64,000 bases of DNA from NCBI GenBank assembly GCA_001724265.1, contig MEDY01000023.1:1-64000 (forward strand). The letters run 5' to 3'. Below, one piece after another: positions 44,639-56,211 of this stretch (position 1 is its first letter; each line of letters starts with the position of its first letter). A model generated the notes under the pieces. The model was given only the letters and a program-made list of their open reading frames with translations, ran no database searches and was not told the origin of the DNA. Origin of the DNA: Rhizaria sp. SCN 62-66. Its lineage: Eukaryota. A program made the translations under genes and the position numbers.

Positions 44639-45175
44639 ATGGACAAGTCCGACCGCGGTCCCGTCCCGGGCGACAAGCCTTCCAAGGGTGGCGACTGTGC
44701 CCCGCGTAACACCCCCTCCCCGCGCTCTGCAGATCAGCACAGCCCTCATCCTTCGCTGTCACTCGTGTTGCCGCATCACGCGACGCTCGACTCTGTTTCC
44801 GCGTCGGCGACGTCGCCCCTCGTGAACGACATCGAGTACATGCAGAGCGACGCTTCCCCCACTCCCAACCCCGGTCCCGGTCCCAGCAACGCGCGCGCCG
44901 CGGGCGGCACCAACCCCGCGGCGGCGCTTGAGGCGGCCGAGGACGAGGACGAGCCCGCGAGCGAGGCTGACGCCGTTGCCACGAGCCGCAGCAAGCGCGT
45001 GTCCCTCTCCAATCATGTCAGTCTCGGTGGGCACGCCAACCACCCCGGCCACCACGGCGACCAGGACGAGGCTAGCGGGCGCAGCAACTTGACGCCGAGC
45101 GTCGCTCTCCACACCAGCGCGCAGCAGCCACGCGCCAGCGGCCCCAGCCTGCCCAGCAGCAGCAGCACCAACAAA

Positions 45176-45262
<87 letters not shown>

Positions 45263-46520
45263 GCAGCAGCAACAGTTGCTCGAATCTCGAGGCGTCGTCC
45301 TCATCGTTCCTGCCGCAGCCGCATCCACAGCTCCCTGAGCCGTTGCCGCGCCCCCCCGTCGTGCACTCGTCCTCGGCACAATCCCTATCGACGCTGTCAG
45401 CCTCCAGCACGTCAACACCGACAAGCGTCAGCCAGGGCTTCTCCCCGTTCAGCCCGCCCGCGGCGTCGGCGTCGGTGTCGAACCTCGCGGCGGTCACGCT
45501 CGCGGAGACAGTGTCCTCTCTCACCGTTGACACAGCAGATGTAGCAACAGATGCACCAGCAGAGGTTGTGATATCACCGTCAGCAACAGCTGCAGCGGCA
45601 GCAACAGGGCAGAACAGCAGTAGAAACGACACTGAGAGTGTTCGCACTGCCAGTCCAAGCCCTGGCGCATCACACCCACACACAGTAAGCACAACCACTC
45701 GCACTGCCTCTGGCGCTGCTGGGGGCGCTGCTGAGGGTGCTCCGAAGGTTAGCGGACTGAAGCCCCGCGCGAGCCGGAGCCCAATGAACATCCACAACAC
45801 TGGTGCGGGGAATGAATCGACTGACGAGCTCACAATGCAGTTCAACACGGCCAACTTCGACGCCCTCACCGCTTTCCGCACGTTACACGTCCCCGGGGCC
45901 AGCGGCCTGAACGCGAGCAGCAGCGCGAATCCCAGCGCGATGGACGACAGCAGCAACGCCAACAGCTTCAACATCAACACCGAGGCCAGCTCGACGACTG
46001 ACGCGCAAGCGCAGCTTCGGCAGCTGCAGGAGCAGCCTGAGGCGCCGGAGCAAGATGAGGACGACTCAGAACCAGCCCAGGTCGATAGTCAACATCACCA
46101 TAGGCGGCAGCAGCAACAGCAGCATCGACAACAGCAGGAATCCCACACGACTCGCGGCGACTGCACCGCCACCACCAACCCTTTCGCCGCCACCGCCGCC
46201 GGAGGGACTGGGACCGGGACTGGGACCGGTGCTGAAGGCGACGCTGCTGCTGGCGGCCCTGCTGGTCACCACCCGTACGGCCCCGCCGGCACTGCGTCGT
46301 CGCTGCTGGCGATAAGCGCCCTCACCGCGCCCAGCTACGGCGGCGCGACTTTCGGCGCTGGCTACGGTCCTGATGCGGCGGCCGCTGGCGACGGCTACGA
46401 GCCGCGGCTGGGGCAGCACGGTCACGGGCCGATCCCCCCCTCTGCGACCGCGCCGGGGACCGCGGCCGGGGGCGCTACTATGGGTGAGGCGGGGGTTTCA
46501 ATGCCTGCGATGGGTTTCGC

Positions 46521-46556
<36 letters not shown>

Positions 46557-49500
46557 CCGGCAGCAGCAGCGCGCCTATAGCACTCTGCAGCGCGAAGTGA
46601 ACCGACAGTTCGACCGCCCTTTCACCAACACGGCGCTGTCACTGGAGGAGTACCGTGCGCTGCTCAAGTCCAAGCACAACTCGCTCGACTTCTTCCCGAC
46701 CTACAACAGTCTGCAGTACAAAGCCGCCGTGGCCGAAACGCCCTCGGACGTCAAGTGGCGCCGATGCTGCCACTGGACCCTGACCGCTCTCGTCGGCATC
46801 GTCGTGGGGTTGTACTGTTTCGTTATCATCTACATCACGCGCCGCACCAACGGCTCCAAGTTCGGCTACACCGCCGCGCTGCTGGCCGACGGCAACACTG
46901 CGGCGTCGTGGGCGCTCTTTTCCTTCTGGAACACGGGCTTCCTCCTCGTTTGCGCGTTCCTGATCAACTACATCATCCCTTCGGCCGCCAGCGGTATCCC
47001 CGACATTAAGGCCTACCTCAACGGCACAAACGTGCCCGGCAGCTTCACGCTCACGGCGCTCGGCGGCAAGGTTATCGCAACGTACCTCTGCGTCTCGGCC
47101 TCGATGCCTATCGGCGCCCAGGGCCCGCTCACACACACCGGCGCCCTCATCGGGTACGTATTCTATACACTTTTACAAATAACAATTATTTCATCAAATA
47201 TCTGCCTTTTTTTTTAAACTCACGCGTACACAATGTTGCTTTTTGTTTTTGTTTCTTGCCTCATCAGCGGTTGGCTTGCGCACCATTACCAGAGCGCGCT
47301 GAAGCGCATGTTCTGCTGCGCGAACGCGCGCGACGAGATGCGCGACATCGAGGACCGGCCCTCGTTCCCCTCGCACCACCCGCCGCCGCCCGCCCCGGGT
47401 GGGCCGGCCGCAGCGGCAGCAGCAACAGCAGCAACAGCAGCTGCCGCGGCGGGCGCGGCGGGGGCACGGCGGCCGGTGTTGATGGGACAGCAGAGTCTGC
47501 AGCAGCAACAGAGCCCGCAGCCGCAGCAGCAGCGCGCACAGGCCGGCAGCACGGTCAGCCCCGGCGTCGACAGCGCGTCCGCCTTCCCCGTGCCCGTCTC
47601 ACAGTCCCGCCTCGGCGATGGCAACAGCGGCGGCGGCAAGAGCGGTGCGGGGTCGAACCTGGGGCCCATCGGCGCCAACGTCGCCGTGATGGACGGCTCA
47701 GGCTTCTCCCCCGAGGCACCAGGCCACGCGTACGTCTTTGGACAGCCCATGCAGACCTTCGACGCAGACGACGCGGACACGGGCAGCGGCAGCGGCGGCG
47801 GCAGCGGGCGTGGTCTAGCTTCGGACACGGCAGCCATCCCCTCGGCCGCCGCGGCGGGCGGCCCCGGCGCCGGTGTTGGTCCCATGCCAGTGTCACCGGT
47901 TCCCGAAGAGACAGGCTCCAACCTCTCCACAAATAGCACCGCGACCGCCTCCGCCAGCACTGGCGCTGGCGCTGGCGCTGCTGCTGGCTCTACTGTAAAG
48001 GCTGTGACCAAGAGTAGCACGTTAACACACTCGCCTAACCTCTCCAGCATGCTGCCCCCCGGCTCCGGCCCCGGCGCTGGCGCTGGCACTGGCGTGATGG
48101 TGACGGGCTCGTCGTCGTCGGTCGCGCAGGTCTCGGCCGCCGTGGCCGCCGCGCGCGCCGCCGCCCGGGCTCGTGCGCGCAAGCAGGGTCGCCAGCTCAC
48201 TGAGCAGGAGCTGGAGCTAGAGCTCATGCCTCTCACGTCCACCCTCGCCAGTACGCTTGCGAACAACAGCAACAAAAACAACAAGAACATCAACCAGAGC
48301 GTCGCTGGCGCTGGCGCTGGCTCCGCTGTGGTTGCTGGCGCGCCCCTGGGCACGTTCGTCGCCGGCTCAAGCGCCGCCATCGCGGGCCCCTCTTCCGCCG
48401 CGGTCGGCAACGTCGGGTTTGCGACTGGCAACTCGAACATCGCCGCCGTCGCCGCCGCCAACGCCGCCGCGCTCCAGCTCCAGGCACAGCAGCAGAAGCA
48501 GCACCTACTGCAGCAGCAACAGCAGCAGCGGTATGGTGATGACGCCGACATCGACGAAGACGACGACGACGACTTCCGCGGCGGCGGCGGAGCCAACAAC
48601 TCCAACAAGACCTCCCGGTTCAAGACGAAGCGCGGCAGCGCGACGGGCGGCGTCGTCATCTTTACGCGCACGAACTCAGGCCCCCGCCGCACTCGCGCGG
48701 GCTCGGTGACGCAGCTCATCGACCTGGACTCGGAGAACGCCAACGCGCAGTCGCAGGCGATGCGCGCGGACCCGGAGTCGGCGATCGACAACGGCGTGGG
48801 GCAGCGCTGGGGCATTGGCCACGCGCGCGCCGCGGCCGCACTCGCGTACGGCAACGCGGACGGCGCGGCGGCCGCGACGGGGGAGATCGTTGCACGGTTT
48901 GACGAACTCGGCCGGCCGGAGGCGGCGCCGGCGATGATGACGCCCAGCATCAACATCAACGACATCGAGAACATCCACCTCAACCTTAATCTCAACACGC
49001 TGGATGCCAACAACAGCGGCGGCGGCGGCAGCGGCGATGTCGGTGTGTCCACAAGCAACAGCCATGATGCCCGTATTGACGCACTGAGTCCCGGACTCGT
49101 CCCCATGCACGGTCATGCCCACGGTCACCACCGCGCCCACGGTCACTCTGCCCACGGTCACCACGTGCGGTTCGAAGGCGAGGCTGTCGACGACGACGGG
49201 TATTCGCTGTCGTTCGTGGACGAAGAGAGAGACTACACTAACAGCCACGGCCACAGCGGCAGCGGCAGCGGCGGGGACTATACCAGTGAGAGCGACTACG
49301 ACGACGACGGCCACCACCGTCATCATCACGGTCACGGCCACGGTCACCGTGCTCACGGTCACTCTGCTTACGGTCACGGCTCCGGCCCGCAGAGTCTGGC
49401 CCGCAGCCAGAGCGGCCCCAGCGACTGCAGCCACTCGTGCTCTGACGGCGGCGATTGCGGTAGCCGCTGCGGCTCCGAGTGCGACACCGACACGGACGGA

Positions 49501-52500
49501 ATCCCCTGCAGCGACAGCGAATGCAACTGCCACCGCTCCTCGGCCGCGACGAGCCCCGCCAACGGGGACGGCACCACAGTCAACCCCGGCGCTTTGGTGG
49601 TTCACAGCGGCGTCAACGGCGGCAGCGGCTCGACAACTGCTGCTGCTGTCGTGCCCGCAGTGGGCCTGCCGCCCGGCGCCGTGGACGCCCCCGTCCCGGG
49701 CCCCGAGGCCGAGGCCGCTCTGCGGGCGCACGCCGACGCGCAGGCGCAGGCGCAGCGGCCGTCGATTGCGACGCTGTCGCTCGTCACAGGCGCTGACGTG
49801 GGCGCTGCGAATGCTAACGTAGCCGCTGTGACGAACGAACAGCAACAGCAGCAGCAGGGTAAGCACCGCAAGCCCCACGGTCACGCCCACGGTCAATCTC
49901 ACAGTCGCCGCCACGGTCGCCGCCACGGCTCCCACGGCTCTCCCGCGCCTGACCTGGTGCACACGGGCTCAATGCTGGGGCTGCCCCACGCACCCGCTGG
50001 TGCCACGGGCTTCCGCGCCCAGTACGACGCCAACCCGCTCCACCCGCAGCGGCCGCAGCAGCCCGAGGCCCCCGCCGCCGTCGTCCCTGTTGTCGCTCCC
50101 AGCAGTGAAAGCTACGACGCCGACACTGACGCGGCGGTGCTCGGGCAGCGGAGTCCGCAGAACGGTGCCGACCGACCGCGTCGCCGCCGCCACCACCGGT
50201 GCCGAACTTGCGCTCGCAACCGCGCCGCCGCTGCTCACGGTCACTCGTCTGGCGCTAGTACGCCTGCTGCGCATGGCCAGCTGTACGCGCTGCGCTCGCA
50301 CGGCACGTCGCACGACATCAGAGCCAGCGTCACTGAGCAGCAGCAGCAGCAGCAGCAGTCGGAGGCGCGCCACCACCACCGCGGCCACCGCGCTGCTGCT
50401 CACGGTCACTCTGCTCACGGTCATTCTACCCACGGTCACGGTCACAGTCGGGGGGGATACCACGCCACGCAGCGCATGCCGAGCGGCGGCAGCGACGGGA
50501 GCGACCAGCTCCCGCTGCCGCAGCTGCAGCACCACCACAGCGGCAGCAGCCACAGCCACAGCCAGCTCTGCCCCTACGGCGAGCAGCACCCTGAAGTGCG
50601 GCGCAGCTTCAGCGCTGTCGCTGAGCATGCGTTCGGCCATAGTAGCAACGCGGGGAACGCGGGATCAAGTGTTCCCGCAAACAACAACAACAGCAACTAT
50701 CGCAACGCGGCGGCGGCTAACTACAGCAGCATGAGTAGCGTCCACGGCAACACGAGCCGTGCGGCGCCCGCCGCGAGCAACAACAGCAATGGCCACCCCC
50801 CTGGCACTGGCGCTCGCACTGGTGCTTACACTGCGGGCGGTCTGACCAACACGACGAGCTGGATCCCCGGCGGCAACAACTACTCCGCTGGCGGCCCCGG
50901 CGGCCACGGCGGCGCTGGCCCCGGCGGTCGGCCGTACGCGCTGAGCGCCGCGTCCACCACGGCGAACGCGCTGAGCTTCAGAGAGAGCCACTCGCCCGCC
51001 AAGGGCTGCGGCCCGCGGTGGTGGCGCCGCGTCAATCTGCCCTCGTTCGCCAACGACAATGACCGACACGACTTCATTCTCATGGGGTCCGCCTGCGGTG
51101 TTGCCGCGTCAGTGTCGGCGCCGCTGGGTGGCACCATGTTTGCCGCAGACGAGGTACGGCACAAAGGGACTATAACAACGAATTCGCACTTTAAATCAAT
51201 GTTGATTGCTATTAATTGAAGTCATAACACGAAATGTGTACATATAGATATTGTGAATATTTTCTTTGTCACACGCAGATCCTAACCGTGTTAAATCTTC
51301 ACATTTGTTTGTTTGTTTTTCTTTCGTAGATTTCGACGTCGTGGACGGTGCGGATCGGCATCCGGACGCTCTTCGCGTCTATCATGGCCGCGCTGACCGT
51401 GGCCTTTTTCTTTACCGGCTCCGATGACCTCTGGGGCTCGTTCCTGCCGCGTCTCTACGGCTCGTTTTACACCGGCAGCCGTACTCTCGAGTACCGCTAC
51501 TTCGAGCTGCCTGCTTTTGTATTCGTGGGCGCCGTGGTGGGCTCGCTGGGCGCGCTGTTCGCCGACGGGCTGAGCCGGCTCACGCGGCTGCGCGCGCGCA
51601 TTATGGGCGCGAGCAAGCTGGGCCGCGTGCTCGACACCGCGCTGCTGGGGTTGCTGTGGTCCACGCTCTTCTTCTTCGTCCCTATGCTCTGGGAGTGCCA
51701 GGACGCGGACCCGCGGCTGCAGGAGCTCGCCGACGCCGCATTCGCCTCACCGGGCACGTTCGCAGTCAACCGCTACGACTGCCCCGCCGGACAGCATAAT
51801 ACCATGGCAGATCTGACGCTCGTGCGACAGGACTCGATCCTCAAGCACCTCCTCGTCCGCGACATCCAGGTACGCTTCGTTCATACTGTTCAACAGAACA
51901 ATCATGTTATAGAACCAAGAGACATTATCAACATGCCAATGTTTGTGGAACTTTATTCGTTTTTTCAGGTTTTATCTCATCATCATTTGTCACTTTCGTA
52001 TGTTTTGTTTTAACTATTGACGCAAACAGGATTGGTTCTCTCTGACGCAGCTGGTGACCTTTTTCATCATCTACGCGCTCGCCGCCTGTACCATCTCTGT
52101 CGCCTCGGTCGTCTCCGGGCTTATCGTGCCCGCAATCACGATGGGCGCCGCCGCGGGCCGCTTCCTGGGTCTTGCGCTGGCCCTGATCTTCAACCACGGC
52201 GAGAACACACCCTTCAACCCCGGTGCGTACGCCGCGGTCGGCGCCAGCGCGTTCCTGGTCGGCTCCACAGGCAACGCCTTCTCTAGCTGCGTGCTCGTGA
52301 TCGAGGTCATGGCCGACTTCTCGTTCTTTATCCCCGTTGTCATCGGCACCATCGTCGCTTATATCCTCAGCGGGTACATCTCGGACCCCATTTTCACGCT
52401 TATTATCCTCGCGCGCCGACTGCCCGTGCTCGCCGTCGACCCCCCGAGGTACGCAGATCGAAAACTCTTTCACATATATTTTCTTAACGATCGATATCTT

Positions 52501-54945
52501 AAATGTCAAGCATGTTTCCATTTTATTTAAGTAGTATTTCTGAATATCGACCCGTTTGTATTTTTTCAACTTGACCCTTTTTTTTCTTTCTATGCACTCA
52601 ATTCTCATTTTATAACACGTGTCACTGCTCGCTTTGTTCTTGCATCCTTAGGCAACTTGCGACGATGGAGGCGAAGCACCTGATGACGAAAAAGCCTGTC
52701 TGCATTGGCCTCAACGAGCCGGTGCGCCACATTCTCGACATCCTCTCGACCTGCACGCACAACGGTTTCCCCGTCATCTACTCGTCCTGCTCGCTCAACC
52801 GCGTCAACACAAGCAACGCTAACGCCGCCGCCACCACCACTGCTGCGGGTGGGGGGAGCAATCCTTCTGCTGGCTCCGCGGGCGGCGCGGACGCGAGCGC
52901 GGCGGCGGCGGTGGCGGCCCACCACTCCGGGCTGGGCTGCAACACGGCGGTGGCGGGCATGATATCGCGCAAACACCTGATGATCCTGCTCATGCGCCGC
53001 GCCTGGCGCGCCAGCGTTAAGGAGCTCACGCCGACCGAGTTCGCGGACGCCTCTAACTGGTACGTCTTTGTGGTTTCTGACCAACACTTGAAAAATTCGA
53101 TATCTCGACGATATTACACGTCATCTAATATGCATTTAACGTAAAGACACATCACATTGTGACATATGTACACACTCACGATTCATTCTAAAGAAAACAC
53201 ATTGTCTCTCACAATATCACATTGTCACTTTGTACTTTTTTTATTTTCGCTCCTCTTGCAGGCCGATGCCGCGCATGTCGGCGGTGACCGCGGGCCTGAC
53301 GCGCCGCGACCTCGCCACGCGCTTGGACCTGGGCCCCTACATCAACCGCACTCCGCTCACGGTCACGACCCACTATGCTGCCGACGTCGTGTACAAGCTT
53401 TTCATGTCGATGAAGCTGCGCCACCTGCCCGTCGTCGACGCACGCGGCGCGCTGGCGGGGATTATCACGCGGCTGGAGCTGCTCAAGCCCGTGGTGCAGC
53501 ACCGGTACGCCGCCATGGTGCTGCGCGAGAAGCGCGATGTGCGCCAGGGCCGGCCCACGCTGCTGCAGCGCTACTGCGAGGGCAACACGGCCTACGGCAT
53601 CCGCAAGGGGTTTTACGAGGACGAGGACGTCGACGGGGCTGAGCAGGCCGCCGCGCGCTGGCGCCGCCAGGTCACGCTCCAGCACTCCGCCCCCGCCCCC
53701 GCCTCTGCCATCACCACCATGAGTAGGTACAGTGCGGGCCCCGCCGTCGGGCTGGGCGGTGTGGGATTGCCGCTGGCGCCGCTGCCACCGCTGCAGCTGC
53801 CGCAGTCGCACTCGCGCGTACATGCCCCCTGCGAGTGCCGCCGCTGCCGCCGCCGCGACGCCGGTCAAGGCCACGGCCACGGCCACGGTCACGGTCAGAC
53901 GAGCCGCAGTGTGCGCGAGTGCACGAACAACAACAACAACGTCAACGGCAGCGGCAGCAGCAGCAGCGGAGGCAGCGGCAGCAGCAGCAGAGCGGGCTCT
54001 CCAGACAATGCCGGCCACGGCCACGGCAACACCTCCGCCGGCGCCGGCGCAGTGAGCTACATGAACATGTTTGAGCGCGGCAGTCTCATCAAGAACAATA
54101 ACCACGCACACTCGCACGCCCTCAACAGCAGCAACAACAACGCTGTCGACGGCTTGGCCAACGCGCACGTCCCCGTCGTCAACGGCCACAGCGCCGTCGT
54201 TGTCAACATCGGCCCCGCTGAGCACGGTGAGCACGAGCGCGGTCGTAGCCGCAGCCCGAGCCGGAGCCGGACGCATCTGGGCGGCGTGGGGGGGTCCGAG
54301 AGTGAGGCCGAAAGCGAGGCCGAGGCCGACGCGATCTCCCTCGCGCTCGCGCGGCCGCCGGTGCCGAGCGCGGTTGCTATTCCTAACACCGTCGTCGACG
54401 ACGGCGAGAAGGAGGACGAAGACGGCAGCGATGCCACCGAAGACGAGGACAAAGACGGGGATAGCGACAGCGACGACGATGACGACAATGATGATGATGA
54501 GGATGAGAATGGCACTGTGCGCGAGCGCAACATCACCAGCAGCTCCAGCATCGGCGTCGACCCCGGCGCGTCTCACGGCCACGGCCAGCAGCAGCACCGT
54601 CGCCGCCGCCGCCGCGGCTCTGTGTCTGTGTCGGTGAGCCGCGTGCGCGTGTCCGTCTCGCGCGGCGGCTTCGGCGGCGACGACCGCGGCGTGATCGCGG
54701 CGTACGGCGACGACGACGAGGACGCCGTCCACGGCCACGAACGCACCGTGGTGCACGAGCACGACCGAGCGGGTCCCCCCAATGCCGACGTGGACCTGAC
54801 CGTCTCGGGCGGCAGGAAGAAGGACAAGGGCAAGAGCAAGAACGGCAAGGCTGGCAAGCGCAACAGCAACAAGATGGTTGCCGCGCAGCAGCAGCCGGCG
54901 GGGCAGGACGGCGAGGACGACGAGGACGGAGCAAAGCGGGTCTAA
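44639..54945 (+). CDS. CLC chloride channel/transporter (CLC-6/7-like) with two CBS domains, ~3150 aa; apparent 1-nt frameshift at 45261
   Basis: Exons 44639-47153, 47268-51153, 51330-51869, 52030-52448, 52652-53059, 53262-54945; ends TAA. Motifs SLDF, SGIPDIKAYLNG, GAQGPLTHTGA, GVAASVSAPLGG, CPAGQHNTMA, SGLIVP, PGAYAAVGASAFL, THNGFPV, LRHLPVVD. Confidence 0.88.
45179..45270 (+). repeat. (AGC)27-AG-(AGC)3 coding microsatellite (poly-Ser) with one truncated unit
   Basis: Read directly from the sequence; the truncated unit shifts the CLC reading frame. Confidence 0.92.
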
Positions 54946-56211
54946 GTGGCTTGGCCGTCGTCGCTGCAGTTCTCTCCACCGCATCGGACTCCGTATGCTC
55001 TTTTTCTATCTCATGAAGTCATCTTCCCTGATTCTGTCTCGTTTCATTTTTTACTGCCGTGTGCTTCAAGCAAATTTTCTTCTTTGAGTTGTTTTGTTTT
55101 TGCTTTCTTTGTTCACGCTAATCTGTGTTGGTTTGTTTTCTCACCTTCAGTTTGTATTTTTCGACCAAACGTGTTTTATCTCATTCTTGTTATATTACTT
55201 CTGTACTGTTTCCTGTCTTTTAAATGCCGTTCTTACTTCTTTCCTCGTTGGTGTTTTGTTTGAGCGCCGATGTTGATGTACGTGTCCGTTTACGTGTTCC
55301 GAGTTGAATGTGATGATTGGTCTGTGCTTTGTTGTTTATGTTGTGTTATTTGTGCTTGTGCTACCAAGCTGTTCCACGCGGTTCTGGACTGCGAACTAGT
55401 TGATATTACGCCGGTAATCACACCCACACTTGCATTTAACAAAAGAAAAAACATTGTTTTAAACCATCTTTTATCCTGTGTTCTTTGTATCCTGTACGTT
55501 TTTTGAATCTTGGCAACCTTATTCATTCACATAGTCATCCACAGCATCAAAAACACCACCCTTGTGTTTGTTTCCTCTTTGTTCTATGTTTTGTCTCACC
55601 ATGGACAACTTACGACCCTGTTCATGAACAACACCCCGCACTGGCGACACACTGGCCATTTGCGTCATAGATTTGCTAATTTATGTATCCCACAATACAT
55701 TTCACACACATTGATATTCTGATATTTTTTTTCATATGAGTAAGCATAAACATCCGCTGATGCTGTCCCTACAAAATCACATCATTGTCGATGTATTAAG
55801 TGTACTGTAGAACAGGTCGCCAATCTCGGACTTCGTATAAGCCAACGCTGTGACGGCCGTTGTCAACGACCACCCACCAAGTCGATTATCGACCCCAACT
55901 GTGGCAATGATATCCTCAGTTGGTGTGTCGTATTGACGAATACTTGAGATAGGTTGATACTATTAATTAGTTGAATAACAATTATATTTTCACTCATTAA
56001 ATAATTTTGTCATGTTTCTTAGGATACAAGGCTCTTTTTCTCTTATTGCGCTTTGCGCAGTGTTACTAGCTTTACCTGTTACAGCTCATGACAATTGTCT
56101 TCTTTCTTCTTCAGATAACTCTGATGTAAAAATAGACTAGACATCACCCAAACAAACATCCCGATGCGAGATCAACATATGAGCGCAACTACGTCATCCA
56201 GATTGTCGCCT

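Noticed and set aside
45073-45075. TAG in the downstream CLC frame upstream of the CAG run, as a readthrough fix for the frameshift
   Set aside because: That frame is closed by TGA at 44968-44970 with no ATG in between; a 1-nt indel at 45261 explains the data better.
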